A DNA stretch of 28,445 nt from a virus (taxonomy: Duplodnaviria > Caudoviricetes), in IMG/VR virus record IMGVR_UViG_3300044580_000221, positions 1-28,445 of that record. The stretch is one strand, 5' to 3'. The translations under genes and the position numbers were made by a program. Below, in pieces: positions 16,566 through 25,975 of this stretch (the first letter of the stretch is position 1; each line of letters begins with the position of its first letter). A model generated the notes under the pieces. The model did not search any database and was not told where the DNA came from. It saw nothing but the letters and a program-made list of their open reading frames with translations.

Positions 16566-18020
16566 CTAATACCCGTAATGCTCCTCAATGATTATCACGC
16601 CTGACCCACCGTTGCCTCCGTCTGCAGATGCCCCGTTTCCACCTGCGCCACCGGCTCCAACCGCGTAAGCATACGATGCAGCCGGCTCAGGGATATATAT
16701 TTCCACATATTCTCCTCCGCCTCCTCCAGAGCAACCGTATGACCCCCACGCAGAACTACCACCAGCACCGCCTCCTCCACTCCCAACATTACTTACTCCA
16801 ACTCCACCTGCCCCACCTCCGGCAGAACCACCGTGTCCACCTCCCCCTAACGTGGTGGCTCCGCCAGCTCCACCTGGATAATCACCAACTACATTTGCCA
16901 TCAAACCAGGCGCGCCGGGAAGCCTAACAGTGGCAGTCCCACTTCCTCCACCTCCGCCTCCCCCGGGGCTGGAGTAACCATTAGAAGCCCCCCCGCCGTT
17001 AGCGTAAACCGTCCCAAACTGCGAGTTTCCTCCGGCAGAACCAGAGAAATAACCCACACCATTGGATATACCTCCACCCCCACCTCCGCCGCCAACCATC
17101 CGCACTTTAATCCACTTTACCCCAGATGGCGTGGTGTATGTTCCGCTTCCAGAGGTTAGAGTCGTTATTGATGGAGCGATGGGATTATTGTGGTAATTTT
17201 GTTCAATTTCAGTAATCTTGCTTCCCATCTCTAACTGCATTTCGGTCAGTTCAAAATTCTTGGTCGTAATTTCACCACATTCAATCTTAATTTCGATTTC
17301 AATTCCGTTAGAACAATCACCCATCGAGATAGATTCATATTTTATCGTCGTTGCTGTGGCAGAAGCAACGGAAATTGCCCCACTGTTTCCAACTGCAGTT
17401 GTGGAAGAGAAATCATCTGCGGAAGCGGCTTTCTTAACATAGATTGTATAATTTATAGCCGACCCAACATCGTGATAAACTTTGGCCTGGAATGATGCAA
17501 CCTGATTCTTTAGCCAAATTGCATCTTTTGATTCTATTCTTGTTCGCAGGTATAAAATTCCGGTTCCGGTGAGCGTAACTCCGGAAAATTTAAACCCATA
17601 ACCCGTCCGACCACAATTTGCTGTGGCTGTCTGCTCCAAAGTACCGGCAGATACCGCCGTGCCGGTGGCCATACCGGCAAATTTATCTGGGCCAAAACCG
17701 TACTCATCCTTGACCAAGGTATATGCAGATACTCTTTGATTAACTATTCCGGAACCATTGATAACCAGGTTTTTACGGCCAAGTCCAACTATATAAGCAT
17801 TGGCCCATCGTTTATCCGATGCCCCCAGGTCGTCGGTATTATCCGCGCTTGGAGACGTAGCATCTGCCCAAGCTCCATCAACATCACATCGGAAGAGATG
17901 TTTAGTATCACTTTCATAATACCAATCTCCTTGAGATGGTGAAGCCGGACGATTAGCATGCGTACCAACACGAAAAGGCTGGTGAAGATCTGCTCCGGAT
18001 AAGTCATGATGCTGTCCCAT
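16566..18020 (-). CDS. Tail fibre/receptor-binding protein with a CBM-like middle and a Gly-rich C-terminal domain
   Basis: DLGASDKRWANAY; KNLVING...NQR...QLEMGS; SGTYTTPSGVKWIKVRMVGGGGGGG...GGSGVIIIEE. Confidence 0.75.
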   Translation of the reverse strand: MGQHHDLSGADLHQPFRVGTHANRPASPSQGDWYYESDTKHLFRCDVDGAWADATSPSADNTDDLGASDKRWANAYIVGLGRKNLVINGSGIVNQRVSAYTLVKDEYGFGPDKFAGMATGTAVSAGTLEQTATANCGRTGYGFKFSGVTLTGTGILYLRTRIESKDAIWLKNQVASFQAKVYHDVGSAINYTIYVKKAASADDFSSTTAVGNSGAISVASATATTIKYESISMGDCSNGIEIEIKIECGEITTKNFELTEMQLEMGSKITEIEQNYHNNPIAPSITTLTSGSGTYTTPSGVKWIKVRMVGGGGGGGGISNGVGYFSGSAGGNSQFGTVYANGGGASNGYSSPGGGGGGGSGTATVRLPGAPGLMANVVGDYPGGAGGATTLGGGGHGGSAGGGAGGVGVSNVGSGGGGAGGSSAWGSYGCSGGGGGEYVEIYIPEPAASYAYAVGAGGAGGNGASADGGNGGSGVIIIEEHYGY

Positions 18021-18023
18021 CTT

Positions 18024-18644
18024 TTAATCTCCCGCGTGAGTGCCTAACGATTCGATCATAGCCCGGGAATTAAGTTTATCGAGACCATCCTTGAACATAG
18101 AGGCCTTCTTATCACCTCGCCCGGTGGTATCCTCGGTATAGTCGGTATAATATGTTGCCTTTATGCCGTCCTTGAGGATCTCGATCATATCGCTTGATCC
18201 GAAAAAGTCGGATGCAGCTGTTACGTCGTCGACCTCGCAAAGGTGCTGGACGTATATGGTACGATCAACATCACTCTTGACGTCAAACTCAATCGTATTA
18301 ACCTCAATATGGTAATACTGCGGGACGCCGGTGGCCTCGGAATTGTAATATTCCGGGAACTTTTCATCGGTGAGTTTGTGTATTATGTTCCTGCGTCCTG
18401 ATTCTTCATACCAGACGCACTTCGCCCCTTTACCGGCAAGGAAATACGTCGGAACGCTCAGGGTGTTCTCTCCTGCCGAAAGCGTGGCGTATGACGTGGC
18501 ATACAACAACCTATCCCGGCAGTAAAGGGGGAAGCGGCGAAGCGCCCCCTTCGCGCAAGTGAGCAACTTCGTCGCCAGGCCGGTGTCGGAAGAATCGCCA
18601 CCTACCTCATCAATAACCTCGGATATGATCTCGGATATAAGCAT
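18024..18644 (-). CDS. Head-tail adaptor (tail tubular protein A-like)
   Basis: About 200 aa; helical termini; LSVPTYF and TGVPQYYHI motifs; position after capsid accessory genes. Confidence 0.6.
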   Translation of the reverse strand: MLISEIISEVIDEVGGDSSDTGLATKLLTCAKGALRRFPLYCRDRLLYATSYATLSAGENTLSVPTYFLAGKGAKCVWYEESGRRNIIHKLTDEKFPEYYNSEATGVPQYYHIEVNTIEFDVKSDVDRTIYVQHLCEVDDVTAASDFFGSSDMIEILKDGIKATYYTDYTEDTTGRGDKKASMFKDGLDKLNSRAMIESLGTHAGD

Positions 18645-18955
18645 TATTTACCCTTGTTCTTGCCGTCCTTACCCTTTGCCGATCCTTCGCTCTTCCCAGC
18701 ATCTTTATCGGTTTCGCCTCCGGCTTCTCCTTTGTCAGCCTCCGGCTTCTCCGCCGGTTTCGCGGCTCCTGTTCCTGTCTCATATTTCACGATTGCTCCC
18801 GGGTTCTTTCCCATAAACCTGTCTTCCAGGAAAACAACCTGCCTTGAATCAGCGCCGAATTCCTTCTCGACAGACAGGGAATCTCCGGGTTTGATCACAA
18901 CGGTCTTACCGTTCCAGCGCAGCGGTATGGCTTCTTTGGATTCGTTTCTCAGCAT
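18644..18955 (-). CDS. Hypothetical virion-associated protein with a charged low-complexity tail
   Basis: ATG at 18955 follows GGAGGAGG, which favours it over the track's start at 19045. Confidence 0.6.
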   Translation of the reverse strand: MLRNESKEAIPLRWNGKTVVIKPGDSLSVEKEFGADSRQVVFLEDRFMGKNPGAIVKYETGTGAAKPAEKPEADKGEAGGETDKDAGKSEGSAKGKDGKNKGK

Positions 18956-19245
18956 TTTGCGACCTCCTCCTTCTTTGAAAAATGGCTGCCGTTGACGCAA
19001 AACCGGCAGCCTTCGGTTAATCTTTCGGTACATTCGAAGCAGCAATAAGACGCACCGCCGCCCAAGGATACCCTCCCGCGGCTCTTGTGGTGCAGGTATG
19101 TCCCGGCCTCTTTCGAAGCCTGGTAAATCTCTTTGTTGCTCGCTTCCCTGCGTTTTTCCCTGTCGGCCCTGGCTTCGGCCAGGATCCGTTTCCCCACCGG
19201 TTCAGCTCGTTCAAAAGGTGTTTTGGTGATCTCTACCGAAGCCAT
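18949..19245 (-). CDS. Hypothetical protein with a C-terminal Cys cluster
   Basis: MASVEITK...CCFEC...GCRFC; first gene after the capsid hairpin. Confidence 0.55.
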   Translation of the reverse strand: MASVEITKTPFERAEPVGKRILAEARADREKRREASNKEIYQASKEAGTYLHHKSRGRVSLGGGASYCCFECTERLTEGCRFCVNGSHFSKKEEVAKC

Positions 19246-19261
19246 CCATCCCCCTGTTAGA

Positions 19262-19300
19262 AACACGGGGAAGAGCCGCTCTCGCGGCCCTCCCCGCGCG
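19262..19300 (-). terminator. Stable hairpin after the capsid gene (attenuator or mRNA stabiliser)
   Basis: GCGCGGGGAGGGCCGC-GAGA-GCGGCUCUUCCCCGUGU then a short UU tail; GNRA tetraloop. Confidence 0.6.
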
Positions 19301-19317
19301 TTACATTACGCTACTGA

Positions 19318-20487
19318 CTACGCCCCTTTGCCGCTCAACCTGCCGGACGACTTGAATTTCTTCGCCACCAGGTTGAAGTAATACTTCAAGGTGCCTTCCC
19401 AGATGGTCCTATTGCTCGCGGACCTCTTGAGAATGCCTCCGTGAGCGTCAGCCTCAAGCCAGGCAAAAGGCTTGCTCATCTCGGCTATTGTCAAGGCTTC
19501 GAAGTCCACGAACTGCATATATCCGCTCCATGTGTCAAAATCGCAGATTACGGGTATACCGTTCATAAACTCCAAACCTTTCCATCCGCCGCTCAACACT
19601 TCTTTCAAGTCAGCCGTTTTCTTCATCGAAGTCAACAGCTGGCCGTATTTGCTGAACAGCGTTTCTCCGGCCAGGACTACCTTTGCTCCGCCGAACTTCA
19701 GCGTCTTGAGATACAGATTGATCATATACGCTTCGGTCAGCGTTGCGCTGGTGTCCTCGGTGTAGGCACAGGCCCACGGAGCCGCAGACCTGGTTATTGC
19801 CTGTATCGTGGCGACGTTATCTCCGTCGTCTATGATACCGGCAAGACCCATCGCTTCAGCCGCACTGGCCTTTGTTATCACCGTGTCGTCAGCCCAGGTT
19901 GACGCCGTCGCCAGCGTTACCTGGGTTGCCGAATCGACGGTAGATATCTGAACCGCCGAACCGGTGCCGATCTGGATATACATACCTTCCACCAGGTAGT
20001 CGGTAGCATCCCCTCCGTGCGGAGCGGTGTCAACGATCAGCGTGGTCGAAGCCGAACCCGTGCCGTTGGTCTGGCAGAGTTTGCCGGTCCCGGCGCCGTG
20101 CAGCTGCCGGTTGAGGTCCATCCTGAAGTCGTCCTTCAAAGCCTGGATCTCGGTGCTCAATATCGCGGATATGGCCTTGATATTATCGTTGGCCGCCTCG
20201 ATTGCCTGATCGGTCAGCTCAAGCGTGCCGAAGGCATACTTGACCGACGTATAAGGCTGTTCGTATTTCGATTTCCCGGAGTAAGGCTCCGTCCCCTCGG
20301 CAACTGCATAAATACCGCTATGACGCCCCGACCTTACCGGGATGTATATGGTATTGTTCGTTACGGTTACGCCGACATTCTTTTTGATCTTGTCAAAAAG
20401 AATGCTTTCCTTCCGCAGCTGAGACTGCACGACGGGCACGATTATCTTTTTCAGCACCGCCGATATGTTGCTTATTGTTAATCCCAT
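19318..20487 (-). CDS. Major capsid protein
   Basis: 389 aa after the scaffold; AVAEG and DLNRQLHGAGTG motifs; perfect GGAGGTGA SD; downstream hairpin. Confidence 0.85.
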   Translation of the reverse strand: MGLTISNISAVLKKIIVPVVQSQLRKESILFDKIKKNVGVTVTNNTIYIPVRSGRHSGIYAVAEGTEPYSGKSKYEQPYTSVKYAFGTLELTDQAIEAANDNIKAISAILSTEIQALKDDFRMDLNRQLHGAGTGKLCQTNGTGSASTTLIVDTAPHGGDATDYLVEGMYIQIGTGSAVQISTVDSATQVTLATASTWADDTVITKASAAEAMGLAGIIDDGDNVATIQAITRSAAPWACAYTEDTSATLTEAYMINLYLKTLKFGGAKVVLAGETLFSKYGQLLTSMKKTADLKEVLSGGWKGLEFMNGIPVICDFDTWSGYMQFVDFEALTIAEMSKPFAWLEADAHGGILKRSASNRTIWEGTLKYYFNLVAKKFKSSGRLSGKGA

Positions 20488-20500
20488 TGATCACCTCCGC

Positions 20501-20522
20501 GTGATGTCGTAGTGATGTCGTA
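20501..20522. repeat. Perfect 11-bp tandem repeat upstream of the capsid SD
   Basis: GTGATGTCGTA at 20501..20511 and 20512..20522. Confidence 0.9.
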
Positions 20523-20525
20523 CTT

Positions 20526-21605
20526 TTACTCTTCCGATTTCCCGGACTCTTCTTCAAGGGCTTTTTCAAGGTTCTCCTGAAGGTTGTCCATGGTAACCGG
20601 TTTCTCTTTTCCCTGCGCGCCTTCTCCGCCTGTGCCTCCTGCCGGGACTGATCCAGAGCCGCCTTTTTTTGACTTCAGATACTTGGCGATGATCTTTTCC
20701 TTCGCCTTCTGTATCAGGTCAAACTGCGCTTTTGCCACGGTATTGAAAAACTCCGTGAACTTCTCCTTGTCCATCCCTTTGTACTTCTCTTTGTCGGAAA
20801 CGAGCGCCTCTATTACTCCCTTGCGCCACTGGGCCGCTTCGTCCTCGTCGTCAAACTGGAATGTTTTCTTCGCGCCGGCAAATGCCTCTTCCAAGACTTG
20901 TTTGCCTGCCGCGAGTTCCTTGTTCCGGTTGGCGTCGTCGGTTTCTTTGGCCCGTCTTTGTGTCTCTGCCTGCTGGTCCTGTTCGAGCTTGCCGAGTTTA
21001 TCCTGAAGCGCTTGGTTGGCCTTTAACGTGGTCTGCAACTGCGCCTTCATTCCTCTCAGCAACTTCGCGTAGGGATCATCTTCAGGCAAATCTTTCAGTG
21101 CCTTGTCTATCTCGTCCTCTTTTTCCTCAAGAGCCTGTTTCTGCTGTTCGAGTTTCTCTTCCTTCTCTTCCAGGATGGCCATAACCTTTTCGGCCTTCTT
21201 GGGGTTCTTCTTAAGGAAATCTATGATCTCCACGACCTCTTTTAAGGTCGCTTTCTCAGCGGACAGCTCCTGCGTCTTTTTACGGTAATCGGCCTCGAGC
21301 ATACCGCTTTTTTTCAGTTCAAGGATCTGACTGCGCTTGAGTTTTAGAGGGGTCTTTCCGTCAACGTCAAGGCCGAGGTCGTATTCCGGGTCTTCGTCCT
21401 TCTTTTCCTTGCTCTTTTCTTTGCCGGCTGCGCCTTCTGCGCCTGCCTGGGGCTGACCTTCAACTCCCTGTTCTTTCCCCGCTCCGCCGCCTTCACCGTT
21501 ACCGTCTTCGGAGACAGAAGACAGCTCCTTCTCAAGCGTCTTTTCCGTGCTTAGGTTCTGTTCGGCTGCGCCCTCGGATTCTTGACCTTCATCTGGAAAA
21601 AACAT
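20526..21605 (-). CDS. Capsid scaffolding protein
   Basis: E/K-rich coiled coil; ELKKSGMLEADYRKKTQELS motif; between portal and capsid. Confidence 0.8.
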   Translation of the reverse strand: MFFPDEGQESEGAAEQNLSTEKTLEKELSSVSEDGNGEGGGAGKEQGVEGQPQAGAEGAAGKEKSKEKKDEDPEYDLGLDVDGKTPLKLKRSQILELKKSGMLEADYRKKTQELSAEKATLKEVVEIIDFLKKNPKKAEKVMAILEEKEEKLEQQKQALEEKEDEIDKALKDLPEDDPYAKLLRGMKAQLQTTLKANQALQDKLGKLEQDQQAETQRRAKETDDANRNKELAAGKQVLEEAFAGAKKTFQFDDEDEAAQWRKGVIEALVSDKEKYKGMDKEKFTEFFNTVAKAQFDLIQKAKEKIIAKYLKSKKGGSGSVPAGGTGGEGAQGKEKPVTMDNLQENLEKALEEESGKSEE

Positions 21606-21617
21606 ATCAAACCTCCA

Positions 21618-23531
21618 TTAACTGCCCGGCTGCCCTGGGGCTTGGCCGGGTATTGCTGCTTGTTTGGGCTGACCTGGTTGACCGCCCGGTTTACCTGCAT
21701 TCATATTTGCCGCTGTCTGCATCTCGTTCAAAAGCGCCTGCTGATGCGCACCGCGGTGCATCATAAAGACTTTCTGCAACTCAATCGGGAGTTTCCGGAA
21801 GTTCTCCCCTTTCATAAACTTCTCGATAATTTCGATATGCGCCTGATGGTAATCCCACTCATTGACCTGCGGAAGAACTCCTTTTGTCATCTCCATATTT
21901 TCCATACGCTGCGCTTGCCGATCCAGATCGTTGTATATTCCGGTCAGTTCCCCGAATTCCATCAACTCAAGGGCCCTGTCCTTGTTGATATATCCCTCGT
22001 TGCGCATTGCTCTTATAAACATCTGCCTTTCGTTCTTACTCAGCGGCATATTCGAGCCTACCGATACTTGTATGCGCCTCTGGCCCTCTACTCCCTTCCC
22101 GAGAAACGTCTTTACGTCAGCCTCTTCCTCATTGCCTGCTATACCGATAAGCCTGCGTTCGGTATACTTCACCTGCATAATGTCAAGCGTCATTTCGGAG
22201 AAAAAGGATAGCTGCTGTTCGATCTTTAGAAGGATCGGGGAAAGCTGGTTGTTGTCAAGCTCATTGAGGTTCTCGATGGCCACGCCGCTTTTTATTTGCT
22301 CAGGCAACCTTCCCATGCCGGAATCGTGCACGCCGGCGGCGTCTTCCATATCCTTACGTATGCGCGCCAGATCGTCCCAGAGCTTTGTCGGTGGAGACGG
22401 CGGTGTCTCAAAATGCGGCTCGCCCAGGCCCGGAGTATAGATTATGTACTGGCCTATCTCATCGTCATACTTGCTTTGGAGATTACAGCCGTCCGGGACT
22501 TTTATCTTTCCTCCGAACCATTTCTTGTAAGCGTAGATCCTTGAAAGCGTGTAATTGTAGTCTTCCTGCAGCTCTATCAGTTGGTCGATCATACCCTGGG
22601 GGAACTGTGCCAGCATTATGTCCAGGTAATCTATGTTGAAGTAAGGCAGCCGGGTCTTATACTCAGACGGGATAGAGCCGTCAAATATGACCATCTTGGA
22701 GGTGCATATAACATACCGGCCTTCCGGGTACTGCTCGGACGGGATCTCCCAATACTCGTATACCTTCGCGCAACCTTCGTATTGGCTTTTCTCTTCCCCT
22801 GCGCCGTCAAGCATACTTATAAGCTGCTGTTCAACGTCGGACACAACGAGATCTTCTGCTTCAATGTCAACCCCATACTGCTTTTTTATCTCTTCCACCG
22901 GCAAAATCGACTGCTCGATGAAATACCGGCCCATTGGATCTTCGAAGACGTTAAACGGAGAAAGCGCCTTGACTTCGACCTCCCCAATTTCCGCATTAGG
23001 GACAGGAGCATCGTCAAGATACGCCGTGGACCGGGTTTTAGGGTTGAAATAAGGCTTCAAATACCCGCGGCCGGTGGTAAGGGCATACCCGAACACTTTT
23101 GCCAGTACAAGAGGCATCCCGGCGTATTTCTGGCAGAGAACAGGATTATGCTTATTAGCGGTGATCCAGAAGTCCTCAAGCCCCTCCTGTCCTACCCGGG
23201 CAGCAGATTTGTCCCTGTCGCTATTGGTAAGGGCAGATACCGAAACGTGCGCCTTCATTCTCAACAACCGTGAGAGCAAAGACCGATAGAGCGGAAGAAT
23301 ATAATTCGATGTCCTCCTTGTCTTCCCCTTGCGCTCCTCGGTCTTAAGCTCCCATAGGATCCGGTCTTCCGTGGCGTTGCCGGTGGGCTGAACCCTTTCA
23401 AGGACAAAATGCTGCTTGCCGTATAGAAACGCTATATTCATCAGCCATTGACGCTCATACATTGCGCGTCTGCGCTGTATCTTGTCTTTCTTATCGATTA
23501 TTGTCTTTGATATAGATGTTGGCTCACTCAT
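21618..23531 (-). CDS. Portal protein
   Basis: 637 aa after TerL; SNYILP, GMIDQLIELQEDYN and KSGVAI motifs; Q/P/G tail. Confidence 0.85.
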   Translation of the reverse strand: MSEPTSISKTIIDKKDKIQRRRAMYERQWLMNIAFLYGKQHFVLERVQPTGNATEDRILWELKTEERKGKTRRTSNYILPLYRSLLSRLLRMKAHVSVSALTNSDRDKSAARVGQEGLEDFWITANKHNPVLCQKYAGMPLVLAKVFGYALTTGRGYLKPYFNPKTRSTAYLDDAPVPNAEIGEVEVKALSPFNVFEDPMGRYFIEQSILPVEEIKKQYGVDIEAEDLVVSDVEQQLISMLDGAGEEKSQYEGCAKVYEYWEIPSEQYPEGRYVICTSKMVIFDGSIPSEYKTRLPYFNIDYLDIMLAQFPQGMIDQLIELQEDYNYTLSRIYAYKKWFGGKIKVPDGCNLQSKYDDEIGQYIIYTPGLGEPHFETPPSPPTKLWDDLARIRKDMEDAAGVHDSGMGRLPEQIKSGVAIENLNELDNNQLSPILLKIEQQLSFFSEMTLDIMQVKYTERRLIGIAGNEEEADVKTFLGKGVEGQRRIQVSVGSNMPLSKNERQMFIRAMRNEGYINKDRALELMEFGELTGIYNDLDRQAQRMENMEMTKGVLPQVNEWDYHQAHIEIIEKFMKGENFRKLPIELQKVFMMHRGAHQQALLNEMQTAANMNAGKPGGQPGQPKQAAIPGQAPGQPGS

Positions 23532-23535
23532 CTGT

Positions 23536-23739
23536 CTATCCTTCGCCGCACACTATTCCGCCGCGCGCCTCGATCTCTCTGCGTCTGATTTCTTCCGGGT
23601 CGTCGGGGAGAACAATCTCCTTCTTCTCAACCGGTGTTACTCCGTGCGCGATTAACAGGTTATCCACAAGCTTGCGCAGGTAGGCGTTCTCGTTGCGCAA
23701 CCTTTCGCATTCCGGGCATCTGCCGATCTTAAAAAACAT
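23536..23739 (-). CDS. Small hypothetical protein (CPEC plus coiled coil)
   Basis: Tightly packed between TerL and portal. Confidence 0.6.
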   Translation of the reverse strand: MFFKIGRCPECERLRNENAYLRKLVDNLLIAHGVTPVEKKEIVLPDDPEEIRRREIEARGGIVCGEG

Positions 23740-23741
23740 CT

Positions 23742-23900
23742 TCAGACCTTTCCCGCCAGCACCAAACCGGCGAACTTGACTCTCTCGATAAAAGGGGAAG
23801 TGTTGATATGACTCCTGATCTGCTGTTCAATCTCTATCCTTGCCCCTCTAACAGCCTTACCCAATTCTCTGCGTATCTTCTTTGCCTTCTTTTGGTTCAC
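23742..23900 (-). CDS. Small basic hypothetical protein (52 aa, MNQKKAKKIRR...)
   Basis: GTG at 23900 overlaps the TerL stop (GTGA) with GGAGG upstream; preferred over the TTG at 23966. Confidence 0.6.
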   Translation of the reverse strand: MNQKKAKKIRRELGKAVRGARIEIEQQIRSHINTSPFIERVKFAGLVLAGKV

Positions 23901-25429
23901 GCCGTTTCCTCCGCCGAAACCGCCATATTGGTATCTATCTGTCTTGTTTCCCCACCGTTGCGGCAAGCCTCGTCGTGCCTCTGGCCGTCTTTCTTAACCC
24001 TATCCCAGAAACTTTGCGCGGGTGTCTTTGGGGGTTCCGGCATCTTCGGGGCCGGTGGCCTGCTCATTACCGCATACCTCAACTCATCGGCTGCGTGATC
24101 CTCTCCGGTAGTGTCTACGTCTTCAACGCGCTCCGTGTCATGTATCAGTCCTGGGATTGTACGGATAAAATGCCGGCAGTTGTCAGTAACCATAAACTTC
24201 GAACATACGCCTCCGGACTGCGTGGGTATCAGCTTGAGAATTTCTCTAACCTTGCCCCAGCCGATTATCCGGGAGTTATCCGCCCTGTAGAGCGTGGTTA
24301 GAGGCTTGAGCAACCTGGTAATCATCTCCCCGCCGCTCTCGCCTTTCTTCTCGTCTGCTTTCGGTTTGAACGCCTTGGCCAGGTGATGCTGCACGTCCCC
24401 CCAGATCGCCGGGTCTGCTACCGCATAGCTGATTTTCTGCCCTTCCGGGGTCATTTGCCGTATCTTCTCGGCAAGTCCCTCATAGGTATAGCCCTCCGAA
24501 TAAAGCTCTCTGTGCCTAAGAAGCAACTGATGGTCCCCGTTGCATACCGGACACTTAGCGAAGAGCATATACCAGCCCACGCTTGCCGGTTGTGCATACC
24601 CATAGTCAAAAGAGATAAACCTTGTGTGGCGGGCTTCTGCCAGCCTTTCGATAACGCCAGCCGGGATAACGTGGTAGGCTTTAGAGAACTCCCGGAAGAA
24701 CTGACCGGCAAAGATGTCCCAATCTCCGAAGCGGAGTGCCTTCCGGTCAGTCTCCGGAAGCATATCGAGACGCTTTATATAGTCAGGGTCGTTACGCAGC
24801 AAAGCCTGGTTATCTTCTATCTGGGCGAACACAAAAGCCCTGGAAAGGGCCTGCGGGTCATCTGCGGTTGTCTGGATATCCTCATCGTTCACGCGTTTGA
24901 AATACCGCGGCGTGCCGTCTTTTGGTAGGCGGTCAATGAAGCGGTCTTTTACCCAGGCGTGGCCCACGTTACCCGGATTGGACGTTGACCTGGTATAGCA
25001 CTTGATTCCCGAGGCCGAACTCCTGTTCTGGGCCAGCAGGAAGAGATATTGCGTAAGCGTGAATTCTTCCACCTGGTCAAAACCCATAAAGCCGTATTCG
25101 TGGCCTTGATAGTTATATTTGTCCTTCTCGTCTTTGCAGTATCCGAAAGCGATGAAATTGCGGTTCGGCCAGGTCCAGCGGTGTTTCTCGCCATTCCAGG
25201 CAGCTTCGCTCTGCGAAAACCACTTATGCGACCGCTCAATGATCTCCGCCAGTTTAGGCAGTGTTCGGCGGAAGATTATGGCTTGATACCCGGGCGTAGA
25301 TAGTTGCCTCGTGGATTCCGCAAGCAGGGCGTCAGTCTTCCCTGGGCCTTTGGTCCCTCCAAACAAAGCTTCGTACCAGGGGAGACGTAGAAACTGTTCT
25401 TGCTTCGGCTGTGGGTACCAGTCATCCAT
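23897..25429 (-). CDS. terL: Terminase large subunit
   Basis: PQPKQ Q-motif; Walker A GGTKGPGKT; STSNPG motif III; nuclease residues FDYGY, VADP and EDHAADELRY. Confidence 0.93.
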   Translation of the reverse strand: MDDWYPQPKQEQFLRLPWYEALFGGTKGPGKTDALLAESTRQLSTPGYQAIIFRRTLPKLAEIIERSHKWFSQSEAAWNGEKHRWTWPNRNFIAFGYCKDEKDKYNYQGHEYGFMGFDQVEEFTLTQYLFLLAQNRSSASGIKCYTRSTSNPGNVGHAWVKDRFIDRLPKDGTPRYFKRVNDEDIQTTADDPQALSRAFVFAQIEDNQALLRNDPDYIKRLDMLPETDRKALRFGDWDIFAGQFFREFSKAYHVIPAGVIERLAEARHTRFISFDYGYAQPASVGWYMLFAKCPVCNGDHQLLLRHRELYSEGYTYEGLAEKIRQMTPEGQKISYAVADPAIWGDVQHHLAKAFKPKADEKKGESGGEMITRLLKPLTTLYRADNSRIIGWGKVREILKLIPTQSGGVCSKFMVTDNCRHFIRTIPGLIHDTERVEDVDTTGEDHAADELRYAVMSRPPAPKMPEPPKTPAQSFWDRVKKDGQRHDEACRNGGETRQIDTNMAVSAEETA

Positions 25430-25901
25430 CGGCTTTTTTATCCTGTTTTGGTAGGTATATGTTTGGCCCTTTAATTTCCCCGGAGTGCTCTACTTCCTGC
25501 TTATCCTTCCACTCGTCAGACTTACGGTTTTTAAGCCAGATAAAACAAGCGGCGGTATCAGGAGCCCACGCGGCCTCTTCTTCTACCATTTCTACATGGC
25601 TACCGTTCTCCCTGCCATCGCTTACAACAACTGCTTTTTTTACCTTCGTTCTATATCCGAGAGCTCTTTTATAGAGGGCGCGCACTACTTTCTGGTCAGC
25701 TTTATACTTCCAGTCTTTAAGGGCCTCAAAAAAGTCAGGGTGCTCTTTCTTCCAGTTGTTTAACGTCTGCTCGGTGAACCCGAAGAACTTAGCGACTTCT
25801 TTGTCCGTAAATCCATGCAGGACAAGAGTTCTGAGCTGCTCTTTGTCTACTGCGGTAAACTTTGTCGGCCGCCCCATCTTTTTTGGCTGTCTATATCCCA
25901 T
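25422..25901 (-). CDS. terS: Terminase small subunit (HTH type)
   Basis: GRPTKF, HTH, ALYKRALGY, PDTAACFIWLKNR...WKDKQE; overlaps the TerL start. Confidence 0.85.
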   Translation of the reverse strand: MGYRQPKKMGRPTKFTAVDKEQLRTLVLHGFTDKEVAKFFGFTEQTLNNWKKEHPDFFEALKDWKYKADQKVVRALYKRALGYRTKVKKAVVVSDGRENGSHVEMVEEEAAWAPDTAACFIWLKNRKSDEWKDKQEVEHSGEIKGPNIYLPKQDKKADG

Positions 25902-25927
25902 ACTGAAAATTTAATGATTATTTATGC

Positions 25928-25955
25928 TTTTTCTACCGCTCCGACGGTAGAAAAA
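25928..25955. repeat. Inverted repeat upstream of terS
   Basis: TTTTTCTACCG-CTCCGA-CGGTAGAAAAA, 11-bp perfect arms. Confidence 0.8.
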
Positions 25956-25975
25956 AGACAAAAACCGTTGCAGTT

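Noticed and set aside
16600-17100. CCACC/CCTCC-rich stretch as a DNA repeat or array
   Set aside because: Explained by glycine codons of the Gly-rich domain on the minus strand.
14408-18020. Diversity-generating retroelement or invertible tail-fibre cassette
   Set aside because: No reverse transcriptase, invertase, TR/VR pair or flanking inverted sites were seen in the window.
18644-19266. Long overlap or programmed frameshift between the 133-aa and 105-aa ORFs
   Set aside because: SD-supported starts at 18955 and 19245 reduce the overlap to 7 nt.
20501-20522. CRISPR-like mini-array
   Set aside because: Only two abutting 11-bp units with no spacer and no cas genes.
25928-25955. Inverted repeat as an intrinsic terminator
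   Set aside because: No U-tract follows the stem on either strand.
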